Shown: positions 12,391 to 24,200 of the stretch, piece by piece
Position numbering within the stretch: the stretch's first letter is position 1
Layout: every line of letters begins with the position of its first letter
Assembly: GCA_043228905.1 (NCBI GenBank)
Contig: JBHGNT010000002.1
Coordinates: forward strand, 12,896,001 to 12,960,000
Origin: Azolla caroliniana
Lineage: Eukaryota > Plantae > Polypodiophyta
Length of the DNA: 64,000 nucleotides
Direction: 5' to 3'
The notes under the pieces: model-generated
Told to the model about the DNA's origin: nothing
What the model saw: only the letters and a program-made list of their open reading frames with translations
Database searches by the model: none
Made by a program: the position numbers and the translations under genes

Positions 12391-15110
12391 CTTCTGTCGT
12401 GCCTTTCAGTGCCGGATCATTTGCATGAGTCGGGTAGGAACTGCTGATGTTTTGGACTAGGAGAAAGAAGAATATGAGATAATGTTCATTAGCAAGAGAT
12501 TGCAAGAAGAAGATATGAAACTCGTGAATCCCACGAGTATAGTGTATTAATTGATACTTAGATTGTAAGCGAGAAATAGATGGCAAAATCGTGAATCCCA
12601 CGATTATTTTATATTATTCAAACCTTATAAAAATCAATCCCCAAATACATCTTTCTCTCCTCCTTATATAAGGATGGGAGAGACTAAGCATAGCTTCCTA
12701 CTTTTCCTAAAGTGTTCATGCACACTAAATGTGCATGAGTTCTCTTTTCCTCTATACTTCTATTTCGTACATCTAGTGCTCATGCACGCTGGATGTTCAT
12801 GAGTATTTTTTTTATTGGTTTATAAAGTATTCATGCACTCTAAAAAATGCATGGTTTACATTTTAATAAAGGTAGGCATAAATAAAGGTCTTATACGTAT
12901 TAAATCTATATTTAAAATTGTTAGGATAAGTTAGTACAATGGTAAGGTTGGGGTTTGTCTACATGGAGGTACAGGGTTCGAATCTTGCCCTATGCACATA
13001 ACAAATATTTTCTTCTATTTTACAAATTTTCTTCTATTTTCACCGGCCTTCTTTATCCGGCTGTTGCCGGCTCTGCTTGATCCGGTTCTTACCGGGTCTC
13101 CTTATCTGGTCCTCCTTACCGGTTCATCCTTGTCGCATCTTGAGGGATAAAAAATGCAAATTTCACGTAGTGTGCGAATTACACTACGACAACGTCTTGG
13201 GTAACTTGGCATGTGCGAGCATGCTCCGAACTCTCTCCATTATGGTTCGATTCATCCTTTCGGCCAGCCCGTTTAGTTCCTCTGTCTTCAGCACGGTAAA
13301 TTCCAGCCAGATTCCTTTCGACCGGCAGTACTCCTCGAACTGCCCCCGGTATTCTCCTCTGTTATCTGCTCGAACCACCTTCAGCTTCCAGTCAGTTTCT
13401 CTTTCCACTCTCGTGTGGAGCTCTTTGAAGACGGATGACACTTGATACTTCGTCTTGAATGGTGAGACCCACAGCTTCCGACTATGGTCATCTATGAATG
13501 TCACGAAGTACTGCAATCCGGCATGTGACTTTGTATCTACTTGACACACATCGGTATGCACCAGCTCCAGTGGTGCATTTTGTCTCATTGGTGGTCTTGA
13601 CCGGAAGGAGGTTAGGTTTTGCTTGCCGGTCAAGCAATCGATGCATTTCTCAAGTTGCACAGCTTTCACCGGAATGAGATTGTTTTCAACAAGTCTCTTC
13701 ATCCCCTTCTCACTCATGTGACACAACCTCTTGTGCCAAAGCTCACCGACAATGTCGGATGCTACGTTCACTTCTTCCCAGCCTATCCGGGCATGCATCA
13801 GGCACAATCTGTTCACCTTTTGCACCCGAGCCACAATCAAGCTTCCCTTGCTGAACTTCATGACTCCGTTCTAGATGCTACCCGTGTATCCTTCAACATC
13901 TAGCTAATCGGTTGATATCAGGTTCAATCGAACCTTCAGAACGTGTTGGACATCCTACAGCAGCAACTTGCATCTGGTTGGTGTCATCAACAACACATCT
14001 CCTATGACAACAATTCAGCATATACCTTCATTCCCCATCTGGCTGTGTTGGATGAGAAGCATTTCCGATCCGGTGTCAGGTGGAACGACGCTCTAGAATC
14101 GACAACCCACGTTGTCTCGTCGCCGACAAGGTTTAACTCATTCTCCTCGGTGATGAGCATCAATTCTTCTTCACTTGTCGCAATCGCCGAAGTTCCTTTC
14201 CAATCCGACCCTTTCCGGTCCGAACCCTTCTTCGATTCTGCACTATCGGTTCCTTTCTCTTTCCGGAAATGCCGACAGTTCTTCTAGAAATGCCCCGGCT
14301 TCCCATAGCAGAAGCAAGTAGGCCTCCCCCTTGACTTTGACCTTGTCCCCAATTTGTTCCGGTTTTGGGGACTCCAATACCGGCCTCTTCCCCGGTTGTG
14401 GTCATCTTCCGTGACCAAGGCCTTCGGATCGGTTCCGGACTCCCGGTCCTTCCGGCGAGCTTCTTCATCTAGCAAGCTTGATTTTATCCTTGCTAGGGAC
14501 AACTAATTTCCTTCCGGCTCAGCATTGCCCAACGTACCAACTGGCGTCTCCGAACTATCCGGGAGGGAACCGAGCAGGAGTAATGCGAGTACCTCATCGG
14601 CGAGAGGTACTTCCAATGAGGTTGCTTAGTGTATCGGTCCTTGGAAGGCATTCATGTGCTCCGCCATACTGGAGCCGTCCTGGTACCGGAGCCTCACTAG
14701 CTTCCGAAATATTGAAACCTGATTAACAACATTCTTGTTCTGGAACATGATGCCGATCTTCTCCTAGAGTTTATGAGCCTTGCTCTCTTCATTGAAGTTG
14801 TTGTACAAGCTCATGTCGATGAAGCACCGGATGTATGCCGTTGTCTTCATGTACATCACCTCCCATGTTGTGGCGTCGATCTTATCCGGTCTCTTGTCCC
14901 CGAACTGAACCAGCAACCAAAGATCTTTAACCACCAACATATCCCTCATCTTCGACTTCCATACTAAGTAGTTGGAGCCGGTGAGCTTGAACATGCCGCC
15001 GAATGATTCTTTCATTTTCTGTTTTGTTCGCTCTGATACCAGATTGTAGAGAATAGTGTTGGGATTTCGGTCCCTCCGGATGGGATGTCCGGAGATGAAT
15101 GACGGCAAGC

Positions 15111-15392
15111 CCGGTACCCGGATACGGATCCGGATGATGAAGTACCCGGGATGCGGATCCGGATGATGAAGACCCCGACTACGGAGTCGGATGAAGAGTG
15201 CCCGGATACGGATCCGGATGATGAAGTACCCGGATGCGGATCCGGATGATGAAGACCCCGACTACGGAGTCGGATGAAGAGTGCCCGGATACGGATCCGG
15301 ATGATGAAGTACCCGGATGCGGATCCGGATGATGAAGACCCCGACTACGGAGTCGGATGAAGAGTACCCGGATACGGATCCGGATGCGGGGA
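15111..15392 (+). repeat. Tandem hairpin array in U3 of the B 5' LTR (about 82-bp unit of three hairpin subunits); second copy at ~20014-20295
   Basis: Subunits CCGGAT-ACGG-ATCCGG, CCGGAT-GCGG-ATCCGG and CCGACT-ACGG-AGTCGG, each followed by ATGATGAAG or ATGAAGAG. Confidence 0.9.
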
Positions 15393-15542
15393 CATATTTG
15401 TAAATATGTTTGCCAAGAGCCCTTGAGGCTATATGTGTAAATAGTCCGAAAGTCATATGTGTATAAATATGACTTAGGGCAAACAGTTTTACTGTTGTTG
15501 CTCATTTTCTGTTTTCACTGAGAGAGAGTGAAGTGAGCAGCC

Positions 15543-15573
<31 letters not shown>

Positions 15574-15875
15574 GAAGAGGTCGTTGCCTCTGTGTAATAC
15601 CGCCCCCTGTGGCGAAGACAGTGAGCTCAAGGTTGTTGCCTTGTAGCTTCACCATTGTATATCTCTGTGCATAGTTTTGGTTTGGAGTCGTGCACTCCCG
15701 TGGTTTTTCCCGTTTAGGGTTTTCCACGTTATACCCTGTGTATTCGTCTCTCTCTGTGTCTTTTTCCCATTTTCTGCTGCATTGATTCGCGACTACTCGG
15801 TTGTGGCCGAGCGGTGAAGGTTAATCGGAGCATCGATTCTTTACAAACTGGTATCAGAGCACGGTAACACAGAAA

Positions 15876-18800
15876 ATGGAAGGCGGCGGTAGTGGGCCTC
15901 CGGGCATGATGGTGCTGAATGCACAGAACTACGCCGACTGGAAGATCAAGATGGAGGATCTTCTGATTGTTCGGGACCTGTACGAACCGATTGACAGGTC
16001 GGAAATACCGAAGGGGGTACTTGAGACGGAATGGAGGCTTCTGAACCGGAAAGCCGTAGCGACGATCCGGCAATATGTCGATGTAAGCGTCCTACAACAT
16101 GTGGCGAACGACACCAACGCATACGAGATGTGGAAGAAGCTGTCGGGCCTCTACGAGAGGAAGAATGCGTTGAACCGGACCTCCCTGATGAGAAAGATAG
16201 TGAACCTCAAGTACCGGGACGGCGAGAGTATGGTGGAACACGTAAGCACGTTCATGGGATTCGTGAACCAGCTTGCGGCGATCAAGTTCCCGTTGGAGGA
16301 TGCAATGCAAGCCATCATCTTGATGTGTACATTGCCGGACAGCTGGGAGAACTTGGTGGTGACTCTCAGCACCTCCTGCACCGAAGATAACTTGTCTCTA
16401 CAAACGGTAAAGACAAGTATTCTAAATGAAGAAGCGCGTCGGAGAGATAAAGAACCGGTCTCCGACTCGAAGGCGCTGCTTACCGAATCGGAACGGGGAA
16501 GACAATGGAACCGGAGTCCGCAAAGACGGGAGAAGTCGGGGACCCGGTCGCAGTCAAGAGGAAGACCCACATGCTTCCACTGTGGGAAGCCGGGGCACTT
16601 CCGGAAGAATTGTCGGCATTACCGAAAGGACAACGGGGCCGACGACACCGATTCGAAGAAGTCACCGGAGCGAAGCGGTGCGTACCGGGGAGCCATGGAC
16701 CGGAGATGTCCGGATCGGCGAGGGCAGGACCGGAAAGGAACGACGGCACTCGCGGCAAGTGAAGAAGAGATAATGCTCATTACCGAAGAGACGGAGCTGA
16801 ACCTTGCCGGTGAGGAGATGACCTGGGTGGTCGATTCCGGAGCGTCGTTCCACCTGACCCCGGAGAAGAAATACTTCTCATCCTACACAGCCGGTGAGCA
16901 TGGTTGTGTTCGGATGGGAAATGAAGGTACGTGCCGGATCGCCGGCATAGGAGACGTGTGGTTGACAACCTCGACCGGATGCAAAATGCTGCTGAAGGAT
17001 GTCCGACACGTTCCGGAGGTTCGATTGAACCTGATTTCGGCCGGGAGGCTAGACGATGAAGGCTACACGGGTAGCATCCGGAACGGTGTCATGAAGTTCA
17101 GCAAAGGGAGCCTGATAGTGGCTCGTGCCCGGAAGATCAACACGCTGTACCTGATGAATTCCCGGCTATGTCCGGAAGAGCTGAACGTGGCAGCCGACAC
17201 AGCCGGTGAGCTGTGGCACAAAAGACTGTGCCACATGAGTGAGAAGGGGATGAAGAGGCTTGCAGAAGACAACCTCATTCCAGTGAAGCATGTGCACCTG
17301 GAGAAGTGCACCGATTGCCTGGCCGGTAAGCAGAACCGGACCTCCTTCCACTCAAGGCCACCGACGAGACGTAGTGCACCATTGGAGTTGGTGCACACTG
17401 ACGTGTGTCAGGTAGAAACGAAGTCACATGGCGGAGCCCAGTACTTCGTGACATTCATTGATGACCACAGCCGGAAGCTGTGGACAGCGCCGTTGAAGAC
17501 AAAGGACCAAGTGTTGGGCGTCTTCAAAGAACTCCACGCGAGAGTGGAAAGAGAATCCGGCAAGAAGCTGAAAGCAATACGAGCGGATAACGGAGGGGAA
17601 TACCGGGGGCAGTTCCAGGAGTACTGTCGCTCGAAGGGAATCCGACTCGAGTTTACTGTGCCGAAGACGCCGGAACTGAACGGGCTGGCCGAGAGGATGA
17701 ACCGGACCATAATGGAGAGGGTCCGGAGTATGCTGGCGCATGCGAAATTACCCAAGGGATTTTGGGCTGAGGCAATGTCGACGGCGACATACGTGATAAA
17801 CAGATCACCCTCAGTACCTTTGGACGGAGACACGCCGCAGAAAGTGTGGACCGGTAAGGAAGTGTCCTACCGGCATCTGAAGGTGTTCGGGTGTCTCGCA
17901 TATGTGCATGTGGCAAAGGACCGGAGAGGAAAGCTAGATCCAAAGACCCGGCCATGCGTATTCCTCGGTTACGGTGACGACGAGTTCGGCTACCGAGTAT
18001 GGGACCCGGTCGACAAGAAGATATTCAGGAGTCGAGACATCATCTTCATGGAGGACAAGACACTCGCCGACTGGGAGTCGGAGAAGAAGATGAAGAGCTC
18101 CAAGTCGACCGGTGAGGATAAACTCTACGAGGAGCAGTCCCGACCGGCAAGGGACCGGTTAACATTCGAAGATCCGGCCGAAGACGGTGAAGAAACAGAA
18201 CCGGCCGAAGAAGATGAAAATGATACCGGAACCGGCCCCGATCCCGAAATGGATTCGGATGAAGAAGAATCGGAAGAACCGGTTACCGAAGCTCCGGAAA
18301 GGAGATATCCTCTAAGAGAGAGAAGGGCCCCCCGGAGATTTCCGGAACCAGAGCACGTGCTGCTAACCGACGAGGGGGAGCCGGAGAGCTTTGAAGAAGC
18401 AAAGCACGACACCCAGAGCCGCAGGTGGTTAAGTGCCATGCAGGAGGAGATGGATTCCCTGCATGAGAACCACACATATGAAATTGTGGAGTTGCCGAAA
18501 GGAAAGCGGGCACTTCGAAACAAGTGGGTGTTCAAGCTGAAACCGGGAGATGCCGGAAACCCCCCGAGATACAAAGCCAGGATCGTGGTGAAGGGGTTTC
18601 AGCAGAAGAAGGGCGTCGACTTCGACGAGATATTTGCCCCGGTAGTGAAGATGACCTCCATCCGGACGGTGCTGAGCATAGCGGCAAGCATGGACCTCGA
18701 GGTAGAACAGATGGACGTGAAGACGGCATTCCTTCACGGTGACCTTGAAGAAGAGATCTACATGCAGCAACCGGAAGGATTCGAGAAGAAAGGGAAGGAG

Positions 18801-19949
18801 CACCTGGTATGCCGGTTGAAGAAGAGCCTTTACGGACTGAAGCAGGCTCCCCGGCAATGGTACCGGAAGTTCGACTCCTTCATGACCGACGAAGGGTACC
18901 ACAAAACGCAGTCTGATCACTGCGTGTTTGTGAAGAAGTTCGAAGGAGGAGACTCTCTGATACTCCTCCTGTACGTGGACGATATGTTGATCGTCGGACG
19001 GGACCAGGTCAAGATAAGGATGCTGAAGAAGGCTCTTCACCGAACCTTCTCAATGAAGGACCTGGGTCCGGCGAGGCAAATACTAGGGATGCATATCATC
19101 CGGGACCGGAAGAAGAAGCAGTTGTGGCTGTCACAGGAGAAGTACGTGACAAAGGTGCTTCACCGGTTCAACATGTCGGAAGCAAGACCGGTCGGATCGA
19201 CCCTCCCGGCAAACTGCAAGCTGTCCAGCAAGCAAAGTCCCAAGACAAAGGCTGAAAAGGAGGATATGATGAAAGTGCCGTATGCCTCAGCAGTCGGAAG
19301 CTTGATGTACGCCATGGTGTGTACGAGACCGGACATCGGATATGCAGTCGGAGTGGTGAGTCGGTACATGAGTAATCCCGGCAAAGAGCACTGGAACGCG
19401 GTCAAGGGGATACTCCGATACCTGAAGGGCACGGCAAACGTGTGCCTCCGATTCGGCTCCGGTAAGCCCGAACTCGACGGCTTCACCGATTCGGATATGT
19501 CGGCTGATGCAGATACCAGCCGATCCACATCAGGGTATGTGATGACGTATGCAGGTGGAGCTGTTTCGTGGCAGTCGAGGCTGCAGAAGACGGTTGCGCT
19601 GTCAACCACGGAGGCGGAGTACATGGCGGCTGTTGAAGCCGGCAAGGAAATAATATGGATGAAGGACTTCATTAGAGAGCTCGGTATCCGGCAGGAGGAG
19701 TACCGACTCTACTGCGACAGTCAGAGTGCCATCCACCTTGCGAAGAACGCGGCCTACCATTCCCGGACGAAACACATCCAGCGTAGATACCACTGGATCC
19801 GGGAAAGGATCGAAGACCAGGAGTTCGTGCTGACGAAGATCCACACGGACGAGAACGGGTCGGATATGCTGACCAAAGTGCTCACACCCGACAAGCTGGA
19901 AGCATGCCGGAAGAGGATCGGATTGGAGAGACATCCCATGCCGAAGTGA
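15876..19949 (+). CDS. Copia Gag-Pol polyprotein, 1357 aa (Gag, CCHC knuckle, protease, integrase, RT, RNase H)
   Basis: CFHCGKPGHFRKNC; DSGAS; HKRLCH...CTDC; integrase DDE (VHTD, RAD, AER); YVDD; FTDSD, EAEY, CDSQ, SDMLTK. Confidence 0.98.
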   Translation: MEGGGSGPPGMMVLNAQNYADWKIKMEDLLIVRDLYEPIDRSEIPKGVLETEWRLLNRKAVATIRQYVDVSVLQHVANDTNAYEMWKKLSGLYERKNALNRTSLMRKIVNLKYRDGESMVEHVSTFMGFVNQLAAIKFPLEDAMQAIILMCTLPDSWENLVVTLSTSCTEDNLSLQTVKTSILNEEARRRDKEPVSDSKALLTESERGRQWNRSPQRREKSGTRSQSRGRPTCFHCGKPGHFRKNCRHYRKDNGADDTDSKKSPERSGAYRGAMDRRCPDRRGQDRKGTTALAASEEEIMLITEETELNLAGEEMTWVVDSGASFHLTPEKKYFSSYTAGEHGCVRMGNEGTCRIAGIGDVWLTTSTGCKMLLKDVRHVPEVRLNLISAGRLDDEGYTGSIRNGVMKFSKGSLIVARARKINTLYLMNSRLCPEELNVAADTAGELWHKRLCHMSEKGMKRLAEDNLIPVKHVHLEKCTDCLAGKQNRTSFHSRPPTRRSAPLELVHTDVCQVETKSHGGAQYFVTFIDDHSRKLWTAPLKTKDQVLGVFKELHARVERESGKKLKAIRADNGGEYRGQFQEYCRSKGIRLEFTVPKTPELNGLAERMNRTIMERVRSMLAHAKLPKGFWAEAMSTATYVINRSPSVPLDGDTPQKVWTGKEVSYRHLKVFGCLAYVHVAKDRRGKLDPKTRPCVFLGYGDDEFGYRVWDPVDKKIFRSRDIIFMEDKTLADWESEKKMKSSKSTGEDKLYEEQSRPARDRLTFEDPAEDGEETEPAEEDENDTGTGPDPEMDSDEEESEEPVTEAPERRYPLRERRAPRRFPEPEHVLLTDEGEPESFEEAKHDTQSRRWLSAMQEEMDSLHENHTYEIVELPKGKRALRNKWVFKLKPGDAGNPPRYKARIVVKGFQQKKGVDFDEIFAPVVKMTSIRTVLSIAASMDLEVEQMDVKTAFLHGDLEEEIYMQQPEGFEKKGKEHLVCRLKKSLYGLKQAPRQWYRKFDSFMTDEGYHKTQSDHCVFVKKFEGGDSLILLLYVDDMLIVGRDQVKIRMLKKALHRTFSMKDLGPARQILGMHIIRDRKKKQLWLSQEKYVTKVLHRFNMSEARPVGSTLPANCKLSSKQSPKTKAEKEDMMKVPYASAVGSLMYAMVCTRPDIGYAVGVVSRYMSNPGKEHWNAVKGILRYLKGTANVCLRFGSGKPELDGFTDSDMSADADTSRSTSGYVMTYAGGAVSWQSRLQKTVALSTTEAEYMAAVEAGKEIIWMKDFIRELGIRQEEYRLYCDSQSAIHLAKNAAYHSRTKHIQRRYHWIRERIEDQEFVLTKIHTDENGSDMLTKVLTPDKLEACRKRIGLERHPMPK

Positions 19950-20445
19950 AGGGGGAGTTTGTTGGGATTTCGGTCCCTCCGGATGGGATGTCCGGAGATG
20001 AATGACGGCAAGCCCGGTACCCGGATACGGATCCGGATGATGAAGTACCCGGGATGCGGATCCGGATGATGAAGACCCCGACTACGGAGTCGGATGAAGA
20101 GTGCCCGGATACGGATCCGGATGATGAAGTACCCGGATGCGGATCCGGATGATGAAGACCCCGACTACGGAGTCGGATGAAGAGTGCCCGGATACGGATC
20201 CGGATGATGAAGTACCCGGATGCGGATCCGGATGATGAAGACCCCGACTACGGAGTCGGATGAAGAGTACCCGGATACGGATCCGGATGCGGGGACATAT
20301 TTGTAAATATGTTTGCCAAGAGCCCTTGAGGCTATATGTGTAAATAGTCCGAAAGTCATATGTGTATAAATATGACTTAGGGCAAACAGTTTTACTGTTG
20401 TTGCTCATTTTCTGTTTTCACTGAGAGAGAGTGAAGTGAGCAGCC

Positions 20446-20476
<31 letters not shown>

Positions 20477-21288
20477 GAAGAGGTCGTTGCCTCTGTGTAA
20501 TACCGCCCCCTGTGGCGAAGACAGTGAGCTCAAGGTTGTTGCCTTGTAGCTTCACCATTGTATATCTCTGTGCATAGTTTTGGTTTGGAGTCGTGCACTC
20601 CCGTGGTTTTTCCCGTTTAGGGTTTTCCACGTTATACCCTGTGTATTCGTCTCTCTCTGTGTCTTTTTCCCATTTTCTGCTGCATTGATTCGCGACTACT
20701 CGGTTGTGGCCGAGCGGTGAAGGTTAATCGGAGCATCGATTCTTTACAAATAGCGCGGAATATTGCTTGGCCACAACCGAGTCTTGAATCACTTCGATTA
20801 GAATGAAATACAGAAATGGGAATAGAGATGAATACAAAGGAGAGTACATAGGATATTTATGTGGAAAACTCTGAATGGGAAAAACCACAGGAGCCATAGA
20901 CTGCAACTATCACTATATGAGAATATTACAAATAGAGGCTTGGAGGCAACTACCTCGAGCACTGTATCTTCGCCAGGCAGCGGTTACAACAGAGTATCGC
21001 TCTGTATCTCGTCTCTCGCTCTCTCTCTATACAACAATTATGCACATGCCACAATATGACATCTATCCACCCCATAAAGTGATTGCCCTAAGTCATATTT
21101 ACACTTATATGAACTTAAGGCTATTTACAAATATAGCCTCAATAGGCTTACTCAACACATTTACAAGTATGTCTTCTCTTCTGGTTCTCACCGAGTCCAT
21201 CCGATCCGGTTTTCGAATCTCTTCCGGTTCTCACCGGGGCCCTCTTATTCATAACCGGATCCCATCCGGAGGGACCAAGTTCCCAACA

Positions 21289-24200
21289 TGTTGCTTGCTT
21301 TTTGAATGGTATTCCTAATGGGGATTACCATTGGATTGTCCATGACAAGGACCCCACAAATTTTGAGGAAGCCGTCAACATTGTACTTCGGTACCATAGG
21401 ACTTTCAAGAAAGTCCACAATAAACCTAAGTTCGCCAAAACTCCGAATGTCAAGGTCATTGGGAAACGTAAGAAATCCAATGACACTCTTTGACACTCTT
21501 TGATTCCGATAGTTCACACAATTTTCTTAATGATCACTTTGTGTAGCAAATAGAACTCCACATAAATGCAAGTGATCATATCTATGAAGTTCACATGGCA
21601 AATGGAAGCGTTCAATACATCAGTGGCATTGTTTGTCAACTGCCAATTCAAATAGATACCTATTTGGAAAAGCTAGACTTTCGTGTTATGAAACTACAAT
21701 CTACAAATGTCATTTTAGGATACCCTTGGTTTTTTTAATAAAAACCCTTCTTTGTCCATTGATTCGGTTAATCACTCAATCACATTTGAACTTAATAATT
21801 GTAAACATTTTATTCAATGTTCCAAACTTCCTTCTCGTTCACTTGTGTCTTCTAAATCTTTAAGTGAGTATTCTAGTTCATTAATTTATTCGTGTGTAAT
21901 TGATCCTGCGCTTCAATTTTATTATTTTAATATTGACGTCACACAATTACCACATTATGAACAACAATTACTCGACTCTATTGTAGAATATTTTCAAGAC
22001 ATGTTTCCTAATGAATTGCCACTTACTTTACCACCAAAACGTAATGTGGACCATCAAATTGAACTCATCCCCAATGTTGCTCCTGTGAGCATTCCACCTT
22101 ACTTACTTAGTCAATTAGAAGAGGATGAGATCGCTAAACAACTTAAGGAATACTTGAGTATGGGCCACATTAGGTATAGTAAATCACCTTGCGGTGCGCC
22201 AGTTCTATTAGAAAAGAAGAAGGAAGGTTCATGGCTTATGTGTATCAATTATCCCCGTTTAAATAAAATGACAATTAAAAATGCATATCCGTTAGCTCGT
22301 GCCGATGATTTGATTGATCGTTTGCATGGGGATCGATATTTTACGAAAATTAACTTACGAATAGGTTATCTTCAAATTCACATTGCCAAGGATGATATTC
22401 CTAAAGCCGCTTTTCGTACGCGTTATGGCCATTATGAGTTTTTAGTCATGCCTTTCGGGTTGACCAATGCTCTAGCCACATTCCAACAAGCGATGAATGA
22501 CGTTTTCCGAGATCAACTCAATGATTTTGTTGTCGTCTTCTTGGATGATATTTTGATATATAGTCGTACCTTGTAAGATCATGTACCAAAAATTTTGTAC
22601 CTAGGTAATTCTTAGGGTTTGTTGGATTTTTACGAAAATCAATTCGTAACTATTCCAAGTTGACTACGCCATTAACTAACCTTGTCATCCACATAAGTTT
22701 GTCAAACCAATTTCATGGAATGAACAACTTGACAATCATTTGAGACACTCAAAGAGCATGTGTGTCAGGTTCCCACTCTTCTATTACCTAACCCTTCTAA
22801 GCCTTTCTCAATCAAAACCAATGCTAATGATTATGCTATTGGTGTTGTTCTTTATCAAGGTGGTCACCCTATTGCTTTTGAAAGTAAGAAGCTTGATGCT
22901 GCTCAATCTCCGTATTCGGTTCAAGAGAAAGAGTTGTTTGCGGTAATATATGCACTTAAAACATGGAGGCACTACCTCTATGGAAATAAATTTGTGGTTA
23001 CAACATACCATCAATCATTAAAGTATTTTTGTGGCCAACTAGATCTTGTTATTCATAAAGGACATTGGGTTGACCTTACCTAAGATTTTGATTTTTCCAT
23101 ACGGTATCCCAAGGATTCTATGAACACTGTTGCGGATGCTCTTAGTCGCATTAAAGAAGTTAACATGCTTAGCTTCACGGAAATAAAATCTAATCTTTTA
23201 CATCACCTTCGAGGGAAATACCTTGATGATAGTTATTTTTTGAAATACTGGACGAAAGCCGAATCTGGTTTATATGCCGATAATAGCACCCTACCCTGGA
23301 AGGCGACCTTTCACATTACAAATGGTTTCCTCTACCGTAGTGGAAAGTTCTGTGTTCCAGATTTACCAAACATAAAATAGAAAATTCTTCATGAATGTCA
23401 TGATGCACCATTTGCTAGTCATCCTGGAATACAACGCACACTCGTTCTCATCTCAAGTACTTTTTTCTGGCCTAAGATGCGCTCTGATATGCATAAATAC
23501 GTAACTCAATTCTTACAATGTCAAATTAATAAGTCGGAACGACTTAAAGCCGCGGGTCTTTTACATCCCTTATATATTCCCAACAACAAACGGGAAAGTA
23601 TCTCGATGGATTTTATTGTTATTTTACCTCGTACACAGAGGGGTCATGATGTCATTTGGGTTGTCGTTGACAGACTAACAAAATTGGCTAGATTTATTCC
23701 TACCAAAAACACGGTAACCGCTCAACAATTGGCTTATCAATTTGTTGATGAGTTATTTCCCTTTTATGGATTACCGATGGATATTATTAGTGATCGAGAT
23801 TCCAAGTTTACTAGTGACTTTTGGACTCAGGTCTTTAAGAAACTAGAAACTATGTTGAGCATGAGTTTCGTAGATCATCCTCCGTCTGATGGACAAACTG
23901 AATGAGTTAATCAAATTATTGAGGACATGCTTCGAGCTTATGTAACAAAAACCCCTTCTAAGTGGGAGCAATACCTTCCTATCTTAGAATTTGCCTATAA
24001 TAGCTCTAAACATACATCCACTAGATATAGTCCTTTTATGTTGATGTATGGTTTTCAGCCACGTGCCCCAGTAGATGCATTAGATAGTACACGCAATTTT
24101 CTACAAGACATGAACCAAATGTTGCATATTGGCAAAGAGAATGTCAAGACGGCTCAAGATCGTGCTCGATTTTATGCCGATCAGGATAGACGTCCTCATG

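Larger units (their letters stand above)
5538..13191 (-). mobile_element. D: degraded Ty3/gypsy LTR retrotransposon with tRNA-Trp PBS and 4-bp TSD
   Basis: 5' LTR 12395-13191 (TGTCGTAG...GCACGACA on minus); 3' LTR 5538-~6212 with its 5' part and the PPT deleted. Flanks ACAT/ACGT. Order: gag (CIWCDSTEHDQRDC), protease, RT (PFLDD), RNase H, integrase (YNPEANEKIERGH, WFGPY). Confidence 0.9.
15057..20748 (+). mobile_element. B: intact, very young Ty1/copia element (Tnt1/Tork-like)
   Basis: 789-bp LTRs 15057-15845 and 19960-20748 (TG...CA, no difference seen by eye); TSD AATAG (15052-15056 and 20749-20753); iMet PBS 15849-15860; PPT GAAGTGAAGGGGGAG ~19943-19957; one uninterrupted polyprotein ORF. 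Confidence 0.98.
4842..21288 (-). mobile_element. A: degraded Ty1/copia (Tnt1/Tork-like), split by B, D and T1. Pieces: 5' LTR 15045-15056 + 20754-21288; gag to integrase 13192-15014; integrase C-terminus/RNase H 4842-5537
   Basis: iMet PBS (GCTCTGATACCA on +) at 15030-15041; gag MKESFGGMFKLTGSNY; knuckle CFCYGKPGHF; integrase ERMNRTIMERVRSML. The frame KLPKT|FWAEA resumes across D. RT is deleted near 5040 (integrase tail fused to EAEYM of RNase H). Many stops and frameshifts. Confidence 0.9.

Noticed and set aside
15111-15392. Hammerhead ribozyme or retrozyme in the LTR hairpins
   Set aside because: The GAUGAUGAAG linkers resemble but do not match the CUGANGA...GAAA core, and no three-way junction is evident.
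15179-20630. Short ORFs in the B LTRs and antisense or alternate-frame ORFs over gag-pol
   Set aside because: By-products of tandem repeats and GC-rich coding sequence; the same applies to the many shadow ORFs over D, F and G.
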